NCBI RefSeq assembly: GCF_001194135.2
Contig: NC_068989.1
Location: forward strand, 27,540,024-27,604,023
Direction: 5' to 3'
DNA length: 64,000 nucleotides
Source of the DNA: Octopus bimaculoides
Lineage: Eukaryota
Shown here: positions 39,803 to 53,111 of the stretch, one piece after another
Layout: every line of letters begins with the position of its first letter
Position numbering within the stretch: position 1 is the first letter of the stretch
Position numbers and translations under genes: made by a program
The notes under the pieces: generated by a model
Told to the model about the DNA's origin: nothing
Seen by the model: the letters and a program-made list of their open reading frames with translations, nothing else
Database searches by the model: none

Positions 39803-40946
39803 CGAGGAACTTTCAAACCCCGTTTAAGCGTAAAAACTCTACAAGAGAATAGCTTTATAAGGTATGACCACTAAATGGCGTGGTTGAAATCTCATTGGTA
39901 AGTAATAACAGCTTTTCGGCTGTATGTGGTCCATAGCGGTCACACGTACGCATGCACGACCGCATGCACATTTTTCGTTAGAGAAAGAAATGTAAATAGT
40001 GTATCTAAATAGATTGAGTGCAAAAAACTTAAATAAGTAATGTTGTCGGGAGGATGTGCAAATACCGTAAAGACGAAAGAGAAAATAGAAATACTCAGAA
40101 GTCAATTTTCAGGAAGGTGCCGCAAAACTAAATTTAAACACACTGGGTGAACAAAAATTAAAAATAGCTAAATCATTTATCAGGGAGAACGAACAAAATC
40201 CGTAGCAACAGAGATTTTTACGAACGACTAATTGAAATACACGGAAACCAATTTGTAGACAGAAGTGTGTAAGTGTGTGAGTGAGTTAAAGAGAGAGAGA
40301 GAGAGTGTGTGTTTGTGTGTGAGAGAAACAGACATAGATTAAAAGAGAGGAACTATTACAGAGAGTGAGGGAGAATATGTGTAAGTAAGAGAGACAGAGA
40401 ATGAGAAAGAGAGAGAGAAGTGACAAATAAGCAGAGAATGAAAAAGGGGAGAATCGGTTGCAAATTGCAGACGTTTCAAGAGAAAAACCTGTGAAACACC
40501 GTTTTTCCCGGTTTCTCGCTTTACGCGGGAGCCCTGGGCGAAATTTTATAATGCATGACCATCCTTGGCACATAGGTAATGTGTGTGTAATATTTGGTGA
40601 AAATTGTTTGAAAATTATAGAAATGCGTAAGTACTACACGCACAGACACACATACATACACACACACAGTCACGCACAAACTTCCTTTGTTTTATTTATA
40701 TAGATGACTCCAACATTTAAAGTTTTTGATTTTGTTCCAAGTATTTAGCCGACATCTTGAGGAAACAAAAAAAGCAGATACAGAGGTATATGAGATACAT
40801 ATGTGCAGCTGAAACGAAGAGCCACATCAACATAGATTCATTCTATATTCATATAGAAAATAAAAAGCATTCAAATATTATATCTTCGCCAAACACATAT
40901 TTTTATGAACGCTTCATTACCACAGAAGATATACAAAAATGTAACT

Positions 40947-41051
<105 letters not shown>

Positions 41052-41214
41052 GCGCGCGAATATATTTACATATATATACTTACATATATATATATGTCTG
41101 TGTATGTTACGTATGGTATGTGTGCGTATTTCTAAGTATACTATAGAAAGTATGCGCTATTTACAGAATGCTGATAGAGAGCCAATGCGAAAAAATACAG
41201 CGCAGAGGAAATTC

Positions 41215-41833
41215 AAAACGCAAATCATAGGAGGTCAAACAGATACCCGAACGCGTAAATGAAGATATTCAATCAATGTAATTGAATCATGAATCATGCA
41301 TGTACAGGCGTAAAGATTCACCAAGAGTATAAAGAATGAAACCAAACATACCTAAAAATATATAAGAAATATAAAAACAAATAAAAATACATATAAAATT
41401 AAATATAAATAAATATTACATTTATAAAGTTTTGCGTGATAAATATAGGAGGTGCACAATGAATGAGAGGTTGATACATATAGGAATATAAATACCAACC
41501 TTCAAAATGGCAAACCACCTAAATCATCTAAAAATTCCTTATACATCTAGGATATGACGCAAGATATCAAGGTTAAGAAAACTAAATAAAATAGGATCCG
41601 AAAGTAGGAGTCGGTTCCGTCTACAGCCCTTTCGGGGGTACATTACCGGTCAGGGTTAAAAATTAAATATCCCATATATGCAATGTCCCCATCATCAGAT
41701 GGATGCCATACCCTTGGGGATCTATACAGGCATAATTATCTTGATGTGTATAAATATATGATTAAATTACATTGATTGAATATCTTCATTTATGCGTTCC
41801 GGAATTTGTTTGACTGCCTATGATTTGCGTTTT
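41215..41833. repeat. Inverted pair (41215-41290 / 41758-41833) enclosing a hammerhead motif
   Basis: Arms match 69/76 with no gaps. Confidence 0.93.
41616..41704 (-). ncRNA. Degenerate minimal type-I hammerhead motif
   Basis: Minus strand: atccat CTGATGA t GGGGACATT...AATGTaCCCCc GAAA gggct GTA gacgga. Strong stem II; stems I and III imperfect. Confidence 0.6.
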
Positions 41834-41859
41834 CAGTTTAGTCTATAATATAAATCCCG

Positions 41860-41904
<45 letters not shown>

Positions 41905-42896
41905 TGAATGGGTAAAAGGTTATAACGGCCGTATTTTTCAACTGATTTTCCCTAAAGTGAGAACACAGATTGCTTGTGTACCAGAGATGGTTTTAGAGTC
42001 TTAAATTTTTTCACATAACATGGAACGGTCCCTCTAAAAGCAGAAAACATCCGTTCCTGGGTTACTTCAAGAAGGAAGGTAACTCTTTGCGAAATAACTT
42101 TCAGAAATTTATTGTCTCCTTTACATCCATTAGTCATAAAAAAATTTTAATATCGCCTTTGAAAGTTTTTTAAAATATTTACTTCCGGTTTTCTAGCGTC
42201 AGTGACGTCTCTTTCTCTCTATCGGTATCTCTCTGTATCCATCTCTGTTTCTCTATATCTCTCTATCTATATCTCTCTATTCCTGTCTGTCTCTCTATAT
42301 ATTTCTATCCATATATCTCTATCCATCTCTATATCTATATCTATATATTTCTCTGTATCTCTCTGCCTATATCACATCGATCTATCTTTATCTATCTTAT
42401 TTGTCTAACTAGCTAGCTCTTGCTCTCTTCCCTTCTCTCTATATCTTATTCACTCTCTATTGTTTTCACTTTCAGTTCAATCGCTGTTGTTTTCACTGTA
42501 AGTTTTCAATCGCTGTTTACAAACAACGAAAAATTACTAACAAAGAAGTTTCTGTTGTTATATATACATATGCATACACACACATATACATATATGCATA
42601 TGCATACATACACATATACATACACACATGCATGCATACATACATACATACATACATAAATACATACATATATACATAGGCATACACACACACACACACT
42701 GACCCCCACACATGCGCACAAACAAACACAAAAGAATGCAGTGTAAATAACGGACAGAGTCAAGACTATTGAAAAGGTTGCAAGACGCAACGAAAATTTT
42801 AGGAAAATAAAAATAAGAAATGAGTGGAAATTTTACCGGTGAGTGTGTTAAATTATAAAGCACAAGAAGAAAATGACTCTCCCTCAGACACAACAG

Positions 42897-42950
<54 letters not shown>

Positions 42951-43468
42951 NNNNNNNNNNNNNNNNNNNNNNNNNNNNNNNNNNNNNNNNNNNNNNNNNN
43001 NNNNNNNNNNNNNNNNNNNNNNNNNNNNNNNNNNNNNNNNNNNNNNNNNNNNNNNNNNNNNNNNNNNNNNNNNNNNNNNNNNNNNNNNNNNNNNNNNNNN
43101 NNNNNNNNNNNNNNNNNNNNNNNNNNNNNNNNNNNNNNNNNNNNNNNNNNNNNNNNNNNNNNNNNNNNNNNNNNNNNNNNNNNNNNNNNNNNNNNNNNNN
43201 NNNNNNNNNNNNNNNNNNNNNNNNNNNNNNNNNNNNNNNNNNNNNNNNNNNNNNNNNNNNNNNNNNNNNNNNNNNNNNNNNNNNNNNNNNNNNNNNNNNN
43301 NNNNNNNNNNNNNNNNNNNNNNNNNNNNNNNNNNNNNNNNNNNNNNNNNNNNNNNNNNNNNNNNNNNNNNNNNNNNNNNNNNNNNNNNNNNNNNNNNNNN
43401 NNNNNNNNNNNNNNNNNNNNNNNNNNNNNNNNNNNNNNNNNNNNNNNNNNNNNNNNNNNNNNNNNNNN

Positions 43469-43527
<59 letters not shown>

Positions 43528-43554
43528 TTCATATATATTCTTTTAATATTTAAC

Positions 43555-43940
43555 TTGAGTAATTTGACTGCAGCCATGCTGGAGCAGTACGTTTAATCGA
43601 ATAGATCGATCCAAAGAATTATTCTTTGTAAGCATAGTACTTATCTTATCGATCTCTTTTGCCGAACCACTATGTGACGGAGACGTAAACACACCAACAT
43701 CGGTTCTCTAGCGATGCTGGTGGGACAAACACAGACACACAAACATACACACACATACATATATACACACACATTTATATGACGGGCTTCTTTCACTTTC
43801 CATCTCATACATCCACTCACAAGACTTTGGTCGGCCCGAAGCTGTGCTAAAAGACACTTGCACAAGGTGCTATGCAGTAGGACTGAACCCGGAAGTATGT
43901 GGTTGGTAAGCAAGCTAGATACCACACTGCCATGCTTGCG
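43555..43940 (-). mobile_element. SINE family B (CORE-like), near full length
   Basis: tttgactgcagccatgctggagca ... gacacttgcacaaggtgc ... ggactgaacccgga ... ggttggtaagcaagcta; reverse complement of the 54939 copy. Confidence 0.9.
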
Positions 43941-44029
43941 CTCATAGCTACATACCACACAGCCGTGCCTGCGCCCATAGCAACATATCAGACAGCCACG
44001 TCTACGCCCATTATATACATACATACATA

Positions 44030-44069
<40 letters not shown>

Positions 44070-44807
44070 NNNNNNNNNNNNNNNNNNNNNNNNNNNNNNN
44101 NNNNNNNNNNNNNNNNNNNNNNNNNNNNNNNNNNNNNNNNNNNNNNNNNNNNNNNNNNNNNNNNNNNNNNNNNNNNNNNNNNNNNNNNNNNNNNNNNNNN
44201 NNNNNNNNNNNNNNNNNNNNNNNNNNNNNNNNNNNNNNNNNNNNNNNNNNNNNNNNNNNNNNNNNNNNNNNNNNNNNNNNNNNNNNNNNNNNNNNNNNNN
44301 NNNNNNNNNNNNNNNNNNNNNNNNNNNNNNNNNNNNNNNNNNNNNNNNNNNNNNNNNNNNNNNNNNNNNNNNNNNNNNNNNNNNNNNNNNNNNNNNNNNN
44401 NNNNNNNNNNNNNNNNNNNNNNNNNNNNNNNNNNNNNNNNNNNNNNNNNNNNNNNNNNNNNNNNNNNNNNNNNNNNNNNNNNNNNNNNNNNNNNNNNNNN
44501 NNNNNNNNNNNNNNNNNNNNNNNNNNNNNNNNNNNNNNNNNNNNNNNNNNNNNNNNNNNNNNNNNNNNNNNNNNNNNNNNNNNNNNNNNNNNNNNNNNNN
44601 NNNNNNNNNNNNNNNNNNNNNNNNNNNNNNNNNNNNNNNNNNNNNNNNNNNNNNNNNNNNNNNNNNNNNNNNNNNNNNNNNNNNNNNNNNGTGTGTGTAT
44701 GTGTGGAATATACGTATGCATTTATACATATACATATATATATATATATATATATATGCAAATGTGGTATCGACATTAGGTGATATACTGTCCTTACTAT
44801 CATTCAA

Positions 44808-45387
44808 TGAAAGATTACATTGGGAGGTGATTATTGATCGATACCACTTTAGTATCAGTACCTATCAAGAAAGTTTCAAATTGTAAGCAGAAATGTTATT
44901 TCCTGTCTACGTATTTTTCTTTCAATATTGTTAGTCACATATTAATAAGTTTATGAAATATGCTGACGTATAAGATAGAAACTGATAGGTGTAGATAAGC
45001 GTAGAACATTTTTTTTTCTAATTCTCAATTATATATCAAAATAATTCATCTATAAATAGGTACCACCAAAACGGATGTTAAAGACGGAAACCCCTCCGTT
45101 TACCTTCCTCCTAAAGTGATTGCAACCAGAAAAAGGATAAACTATTTTGTTTAACATTCAAGGTCTTGAAACTTCTTCAACAGCGACATCTTAGATGATC
45201 ATGTGATAGAAAGTACAAAAAAAATCCATAAATATAGTTAATGTTGATTTCACCGATACGAGAAACATTGTAAAGTATTTTGGAAATAAATTGTCTTTAG
45301 ACACTTTCTTAAATTTTCGGCTATTTACGTATATATGTGCTTTTATTACCAAGGTGTATATCAGTTTCTTTGTTTGAGCGAATATGG

Positions 45388-45467
<80 letters not shown>

Positions 45468-46599
45468 TTTATTTTTCTGTCAAAATATAACTTTCTTTCA
45501 AGAAAATAATTTGGTTTCAAAATATTGAAAAAATAGATAGAGTAGAAGTGATCAAGTCGAACCTGAGGCGTTAGATAATTGTAAAGGATACAATAGAATA
45601 AGTTCAAATCAGGCAGACTATCATTAACACATACACATACGGTTTTAGCTAAGATAAAATATGAATTGTCCAAGCTGAAACATATATTCATATATCAAAG
45701 ATATATAAATATATAAATATAAAAAAGTATATGAATACTAGAAATATACATATATAAACATAATAATAATAATGGAATATAGATAAAAACCGTTTTTAAA
45801 AGATTAAAATATCGTGTAGATTAAGTAATAGGTATTAAAAAGAGTTTTGGGATACATGTTAGAAGAAAATACAGTATTCCAACGATCGTTTCTGGAGATC
45901 ATTCGACCAAATTAAAGATGAATCTTAAGATTTGTTGTCAGAGAATGCCCCTTCATCAGGGAAAAGAAATGTGTGCAACTTCCTTCTTTTAGTTTATATC
46001 AAATAAAGTGTTTAATAATTGGCGTAACTCTCATCACGTCACACATAGAAACAGATAAACATGAAACTCATAGTTCCAACTTCTCTGCTCTTTTTGTTAA
46101 GTTCCTATTAATATTTCTCTGCACCGATGAGTACTATGATAATTTGCAAATTTAAAAATGAATTTATATCTATGTACGAAACAATTGTACGCATGAATAA
46201 ACTTCATACATCTTTTTAACATCTTATCTCCTCCATTTTTAACAAATAATATTTGATGTGTAGAACTTCCTTCCATAAATTAATCATACACTTAATATAT
46301 GCATGTGTGCATGCATATATACAAGCGCACACACACAGGTGTGTGTGTGTGTATGTGTATGTGTGTGTATGTGTGTGTGCATGTGTGTGTGTGTGTGTGT
46401 GTACGCACCGTTGCATTCATCATGTACCTAATTGAAAGAATTCCGTGGGTGGTCGCTATTGATCACATTAGTTCATGTATCAATGACTAACATCAAAAAG
46501 TCTAAAATTGAATGCTGAAATGATATTTCCTGTCTAAGTTTCACCTTCAATATTTCTAGTCGCATGCGAATGATTTTATGGAACACGATGACGTATAAG
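44808..46599 (+). repeat. Diverged 167-bp direct repeat (44808-44974 / 46433-46599)
   Basis: Shared blocks tgaaaga, tattgatc, gaaatg.tatttcctgtcta, ttcaatatt, tgacgtataag, collinear; roughly 70% identity by eye. Confidence 0.8.
45877..45963 (-). ncRNA. Minimal type-I hammerhead ribozyme motif
   Basis: Minus strand: ttcc CTGATGA a GGGGCATTC...GAATGatctcca GAAA C-GATC-G TT ggaa. Same stem II layout as 41616-41704, palindrome ACGATCGT, triplet GUU. Confidence 0.68.
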
Positions 46600-47954
46600 C
46601 TAACATCACTTCTTGAAAGTCGATTATTCGGGTATTTAGTAAACTTATATAGAATTTTAAATTGTTATCCACTAAATACATGTTAGAAGTGCATGTTTAA
46701 AATAGGAAAAATTGATTTTCGTTCATCACGAAGATGATTAAAAATATAAATGGAATAATATTTTAATATAGTGTGATTTCAACTCTCTTTGGTTGCATCT
46801 TCATCAACAATAGTATTTACGATTTCAGTAACTTTTGGTCATTCTTGGCCACCTCTGACCAATGGAAACATTGTTGCCTTCATAATCCCGGATTTCATAC
46901 AGGTTTCGTTAAATAACACTCTCAGGTACACTGAAAGTTCGGAGTAACTTTAGTTACGATTACGTACATACACACATGGAGACAAACGCACAAAATTTTA
47001 TTCAAATCATTTATATCAACATATCACCGACATATGTTTCTATTGATGCATTAAAATTAATCCGAGAGGAAGAATAATGTGGAATAATGCATCAATCCTA
47101 TCATGTAGGAGATTATAAACAACAGTGTTCATTAATAAGCTATTTTTACAGATTTAAGTTTCTATAATATATAATATATAACATATTAAACACAAAAGAT
47201 GGATAGAGAACGTTAGTAATTTTAAAAACCGTTGAGAAATTTGACGTCATAGGACGAGTGAAGAAGAGAAAAAAGCGAGAAAGAGAATTGAGGGAAAATT
47301 GAAGGTATAAGCAAATAGGTGAATGACAATTGGATAGAAATGATACAAAGAAGGATGGGAAGTATGGGATGAAAAGAATAAAAAGAAGAAAGTGTAAGTG
47401 GATGGATGGAGAGAGGGAGGGAGGGAGAGATTGGGACGAAGAGGAAGGGAGGGATTGGGACGAAGAGAAGGGAAGAAGGAGTGGAGTGCAAATATGAAAT
47501 TTCATTTGGCTTTTGCGCTGATGTGAATTCGTATGTTGAAACAGATCATGTGTTTTGGGAGAACCTTTATTCTAATAATAATAGCACACGCCATGGTTTA
47601 ATATCACTTCTTTATTGATAGTATATTGGTTCGCAAACAACCAAACAACCGATTGATTGTTTACCCAGTGTATTAAGCAAATGATCGATTTCTAAGTTGG
47701 TTAGACACTTAACTAACTGACTAATGATAATAAATGGTATTGTACCAGTGAGTGTGTTGTTTTTATTATTGACGTAACCTCTCGCAAACACAACAAAACC
47801 TGTTTTTACATAATCATATTTTCCGGTACCAAAGCATTTTTTTTTTTAATATTTAACTATTTCATTGTGTGTAGGCATCAAAACTTTCGATTGAATCTAA
47901 ATTATAATTATTTTAGGCATGACACGGTAGCATTAGCTGCAAGTGTAGTGTGTT

Positions 47955-47989
<35 letters not shown>

Positions 47990-49124
47990 GCGTGCGTGCA
48001 TGCGTGCGTGTGTGTGTGTGCGCGTGTGCGTGTGCGTGGGTTTGTGTGCGTGCGTGTTGAGGGAGAGAAAGAAAGATGACAAAGAGAGGGAGAGAGAAAG
48101 AATGAAAAACAAAGGAAGAGAGAAAGAGGGAGAAAGGGAGCGGAAGAGAATCAGAGTGAGGGGACAATTTAATTAAAGTAACAAATCTAATTCATATCTC
48201 AGGACCTGCGGAAGGAATGCACAACGAAAAAAACTGCATCGATTTTTTTTCTTCTCATTTTTGACCAAAGCTATTTCAAAGGCCCATTCGTGACAGGAAA
48301 TTTTTTACTCCAAGCATTTTGGCGACAAATAAAAGACTTACAGTTATTTATTACTGTCGTTTCTATCTAAATTTCAAAGACGTTCACCATTTTCTTATAC
48401 TGATTTCTTATCGATTCTGGAGCATATGAATTAAAGATACCATCACTTGCATGTGATTTAGGCACACTAAACATCGTTAACTCCATATGATTGCACATTT
48501 GCATGATGCTACATTCAATAACATCAACTGCAGTATTTGATCGGTATTCATCTAATAACTTCCAAAGGTCAAGCTCAGCCTTCTAAGGGTTTAGCACAGA
48601 ATGCAAATATTTGAAACAAATCATTGGATACATTTTTGCGCTACAGTTCAATATATTCTAGAGACGCTCCTGTAAACATACCAGCGAATTGCATGAACAG
48701 TATTACTTTGCACTAAATACCTGACAGTTTTTAATGTCAACTGTCCACGGTCTGCGTTCGAACGCGGCTACTGTAAACGATTATTGCTTTTCATTAATAT
48801 TGGTTTCATGTCAATACTTTATGCTTGAGTCGAGTTTTCGGCTCAAGATCATGAGAGTGTTGTATATCTCTATTTCTCAAACGGCCAGATCATAAATGTT
48901 CCGCTAGATAAATAATGATGGGAGCCTACTCGCCACAACATAAACATCGCAAACAATTAGTAAAAGCATCATCCTTGTACCGTGTCACACACGCAATTAA
49001 CGGCTGACTGTACATCTCAATAAAATCAGCACTCATCAGTCGTTGGTTTCGATTTATTTTATTATAAATACCATGAACGCACATGGCTCCGTGGTTAGAG
49101 CGTCGGGCTCACAGTTATGAGTTC

Positions 49125-49290
49125 AAAAGGAAGAAAGAGACCTCGATATTATGTAAATAGAGGAATTTATCTGTAAAAATATGTGACACTTATTCGGTAG
49201 CCATGATAAAACTCCGAGTTTCGGATGCCGGGGTGGGAAACAGATAAACTCCTCTATTTACATAATATCGAGGTCTCGCTCTTTCTTTTG
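49125..49290. mobile_element. MITE-like foldback with 38-bp inverted arms
   Basis: 49137-49174 gagacctcgatattatgtaaatagaggaatttatctgt vs 49240-49277, 37/38 identical, 65-bp spacer. It directly follows a truncated tRNA-like SINE head (tggctccgtggttagagcgtcggg, ~49080-49124). Confidence 0.85.
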
Positions 49291-49514
49291 TTGTCCTTTC
49301 TATCGATATATATATATATATANNNNNNNNNNNNNNNNNNNNNNNNNNNNNNNNNNNNNNNNNNNNNNNNNNNNNNNNNNNNNNNNNNNNNNNNNNNNNN
49401 NNNNNNNNNNNNNNNNNNNNNNNNNNNNNNNNNNNNNNNNNNNNNNNNNNNNNNNNNNNNNNNNNNNNNNNNNNNNNNNNNNNNNNNNNNNNNNNNNNNN
49501 NNNNNNNNNNNNNN

Positions 49515-49810
49515 TGATGAGCACTCCACAGGCATGTATACCCTTAAACGTAGTTCTGCGGGAGATTCAGAGTGAGACAGTGTGTGACAAGGCTGGCCCT
49601 TTGAAATACAGGTACAATAGAAACAGGAAGAAAGAATGAGAGAAAGTTGTGATGAAGGAGTACAGCAGGGCTCTCCACACCCCGCCTACAGGAGCCTCGT
49701 TCGAGCTATAGGTGTTTTCGCTCAATAAACACTCACAACGCCCGGTCTGGGAATCGAAACCACGATCGTACGACCGCGAGTCCGCTGCCCTAACCACCGG
49801 ACCATTGCGC

Positions 49811-49815
<5 letters not shown>
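49515..49815 (-). mobile_element. SINE family C copy
   Basis: Collinear with 3340-3619 (gtacccttaa...gtgtgacaaggctggccctttgaa...cccggtctgggaatcgaaacc...ccattgcgcctc). Confidence 0.9.
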
Positions 49816-49897
<82 letters not shown>

Positions 49898-50320
49898 AGG
49901 AAAAGCGAAAAGATAAACAAAAACGCGGTATAACTTAAGAGCCTTCGACTTATAATTTATTATCTATAAATCAAACAGTGTAGAACAGTTGTAGTAAATA
50001 GGGTTAAGTCATTTACGCGTATTTCTAGAATAGACTGTGGATCATTCCCCTGATTTCAATTATTGTATATCAGTGAAAATTTGTGGTTGTAGTCGTTCTG
50101 TGACTGCATATGTTTCATAGCGAGCGGGACTGTGGAAGTGGTAATTATCCAAGCGAAGTGTACGCCGCAGGTTACTCTTCAGGTGAAGTGTATCTTTATT
50201 AAATGAAGTTTACTTTGTCGTTAGGAGATCCACGTTAACACACGGACGATTCAATCCGAATATATGAGCGTTGAGTGGATTTGATAGACGAAAACTTAAA
50301 CGCCGTGGTATGTACGTGTG

Positions 50321-50352
<32 letters not shown>

Positions 50353-50556
50353 AGTACCTGCGTGTTGTTCGTATTTGTTCCCCATCACCGCTTGAAAATC
50401 GGAGTTGGTGTGCTTCTGTCTCCGTTTCCTAGCAATTCGTTAAAGCCACAAAACTGGGTATTAGCATTTTAGGTCGATAACTGATGAAGAATTACGGTCG
50501 TTTTGTGTCTTTCCTACGTGTACGTTTTGTAGTATTTAATGCATATTTTTCTTGAA

Positions 50557-50982
50557 GCCTGCGAGCTGGCAGAATCGTTAGTACGCTGGACGGAATGCTT
50601 AGCGGTATTTCGCCCGTCGCTACATTCTGACTTCAAATTCTAGCGAGGTCGACTTTTACCTTTCATCATTTCGGGGTCTAAAGATTAAGTGCCAGTGAAA
50701 CACTGGGGTCGATGCAATCGAATTAATCCCCTTCCCCAAGCTGCCCTTGTGGAAAAAATTATTGTAACAAGGAGGCGAGGTGGCAGAAACGTTAGGATGC
50801 CATGCGAAAGGCTTAGCGGTATTTTGTCTGTCTTTACGTTCTAAGTTCAAATTCCGCCGAGGTCGACTTTTCCTTTCATCCTTTCGGGATCGAGAAATTA
50901 AGTACCAGTCGCGTACAGGAGTCGATTTAATCGACTGGCGCCCTCCCACAAAATTTCGGGGCTTATACCTAGAGTAGAAAAG
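50557..50982 (+). mobile_element. Two tandem SINE family A copies (50557-50760, 50771-50982)
   Basis: Each begins g.c/ggcgag(c/g)tggcagaa..gttag and carries gaggtcgactttt.cctttcatc.tttcggg. Confidence 0.9.
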
Positions 50983-51669
50983 AAAAGAGTATTTAATGCA
51001 TTCATCATTTATTGAGTAACTGAACGTCACGCAACCCGATTTATGTAAACAGTATGTTTTTATATATTTCTTGAGACTTATTCTTTCTTTCTTTCGTTCT
51101 TCCTTTCTTTCTCTCTTGTCCTAATATTCCTTTTCTAACATCCCTACTTCCTCTCTCAATATCTCTCGTCTTCTCCCATTAATTCTAGACTTTCTCCCTT
51201 CCTTCAACTGTTCTCTCCCTCTTATCCCCCTTCCTTTCTATCTACTGCCAACACGTGACCAGTGACTAATTTTTCCATCTCTGCCTTTTCTCCACCGAAC
51301 ACCTAGCGTACCGAACAACTTTTCACCTGTCCTACTTTTTCTCATTTTTTATATGCATTTGACGATTTCTTCCAGGCATTACCCATCAATCTAGTATTTG
51401 GCCGAAAGGTTTTATTTATAGTCTTCGTCTATCGTTTCAAATTACATTCGTTTACTTTTGTACGTCTAACCTGTATTGTCTTGTTTGCTCGAGCCCTAAT
51501 TCTACGCGGACCTTGCGGGTGCCCCCGATGTTCGAAGTTCTCAGTCTTATCGTTAAAGGCACGAAACCGAGACTTAGTATTTTTCAGTCGTTAACTGATG
51601 ATGAATTACGGTCCTTCTGTGTCTGTCCTACGTCTGTTTTTTTTTGTAGTATTTAATACATTTTCCATT

Positions 51670-51714
<45 letters not shown>

Positions 51715-52267
51715 NNNNNNNNNNNNNNNNNNNNNNNNNNNNNNNNNNNNNNNNNNNNNNNNNNNNNNNNNNNNNNNNNNNNNNNNNNNNNNNNNNNNNN
51801 NNNNNNNNNNNNNNNNNNNNNNNNNNNNNNNNNNNNNNNNNNNNNNNNNNNNNNNNNNNNNNNNNNNNNNNNNNNNNNNNNNNNNNNNNNNNNNNNNNNN
51901 NNNNNNNNNNNNNNNNNNNNNNNNNNNNNNNNNNNNNNNNNNNNNNNNNNNNNNNNNNNNNNNNNNNNNNNNNNNNNNNNNNNNNNNNNNNNNNNNNNNN
52001 NNNNNNNNNNNNNNNNNNNNNNNNNNNNNNNNNNNNNNNNNNNNNNNNNNNNNNNNNNNNNNNNNNNNNNNNNNNNNNNNNNNNNNNNNNNNNNNNNNNN
52101 NNNNNNNNNNNNNNNNNNNNNNNNNNNNNNNNNNNNNNNNNNNNNNNNNNNNNNNNNNNNNNNNNNNNNNNNNNNNNNNNNNNNNNNNNNNNNNNNNNNN
52201 NNNNNNNNNNNNNNNNNNNNNNNNNNNNNNNNNNNNNNNNNNNNNNNNNNNNNNNNNNNNNNNNNNT

Positions 52268-53111
52268 CTTCCCACAGTATGTGGGAAGAAACAGAATTTT
52301 TTGCCCTTCTATAAGCTGGCTCGCAAGTTTGCGAGCCACCTCAGGGGTGCCAAATAGCAACCACACCGTTGCGTACTTGATACTCCTGGGCATAAACTTA
52401 ATAGTTGGCATATATTCTGCCAAATCGTTTTCAATTTCAACTTGGGGAAAGACCAGAAAGGTGTCGAGTGACTTAGAAGTCGTTTAATCACTGCTTGAGT
52501 GGGACAATCTCCCACTCCAACACAGTGTTCCATGTTTTGAAAGAAGCAAAAGCTAGCACAGAAAAAAAATCCAAATAAAACAAAAGGGAAAGAAGGAAGA
52601 AGGAAAGAAAACAGTCCGAAACACAGCAACTTCAATCTTCCGGCCAACTGGTTCTCCCGGCCGACTGGTATAGCAACAGGAACACAGCAACCTGAACAAA
52701 GCTTCACAAATTTCACCAATAAATCGAACAAAAATTGGTAAAGAATTCCACAACACTGCATACAATCTTCCAGCCACCAGTCCTCCAGGCCAAATAAATA
52801 GTAGCAGGAACACAGCAACAGGAACACAAAAACAGAGTTCACAATTTTGGAGGAGGGATACGCCTCCAAAACACACTTCTCCCCGCTAAGTGAGACTTTA
52901 AGTACAACTACAGGCAGACAAATGCGTGGAACTCAGTGGAGATTTATTCTTCGACAAAAAAAAAAGAATAAACACTAACAACAAACCCCCACTGAATCAA
53001 AAAAACAAATGCCTTACTTTGTAGTTGTGCTTCAATAATTCACGACGTTGGTAAACAGCGACGTGACTGCAGCAGCGAAGAAAATCACGTCCACACAGTA
53101 ATGAGGGAGGA
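52268..53111 (-). mobile_element. 5' UTR and start of ORF1 of an L1/Tx1-like LINE, cut by an assembly gap
   Basis: Pyrimidine-rich leader with repeated ttgctgtgttcctg, ATG at 52533. With one frameshift: MEHCVGVGDCPTQAVIKRLLSHSTPFWSFPQVEIENDLAEYMPTIKFMPRSIKYATVWLLFGTPEVARKLASQLIEGQKILFLPTYCGK. Resembles LINE ORF1 N-termini; clade assignment tentative. Confidence 0.6.

Noticed and set aside
46829-46925. Possible + strand exon (ttcag|taacttttgg...cag|gtttcg)
   Set aside because: Weak donors, two equally plausible frames and no recognisable peptide.
49025-49055. Minus-strand GAAA...CTGATGA as a permuted hammerhead
   Set aside because: The 7 nt between the halves cannot form stems III and I.
52309-52876. 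186-aa and 107-aa minus-strand ORFs as host genes
   Set aside because: They are low-complexity LINE 5' UTR read through into ORF1; the meaningful frame starts at 52533 and is frameshifted.
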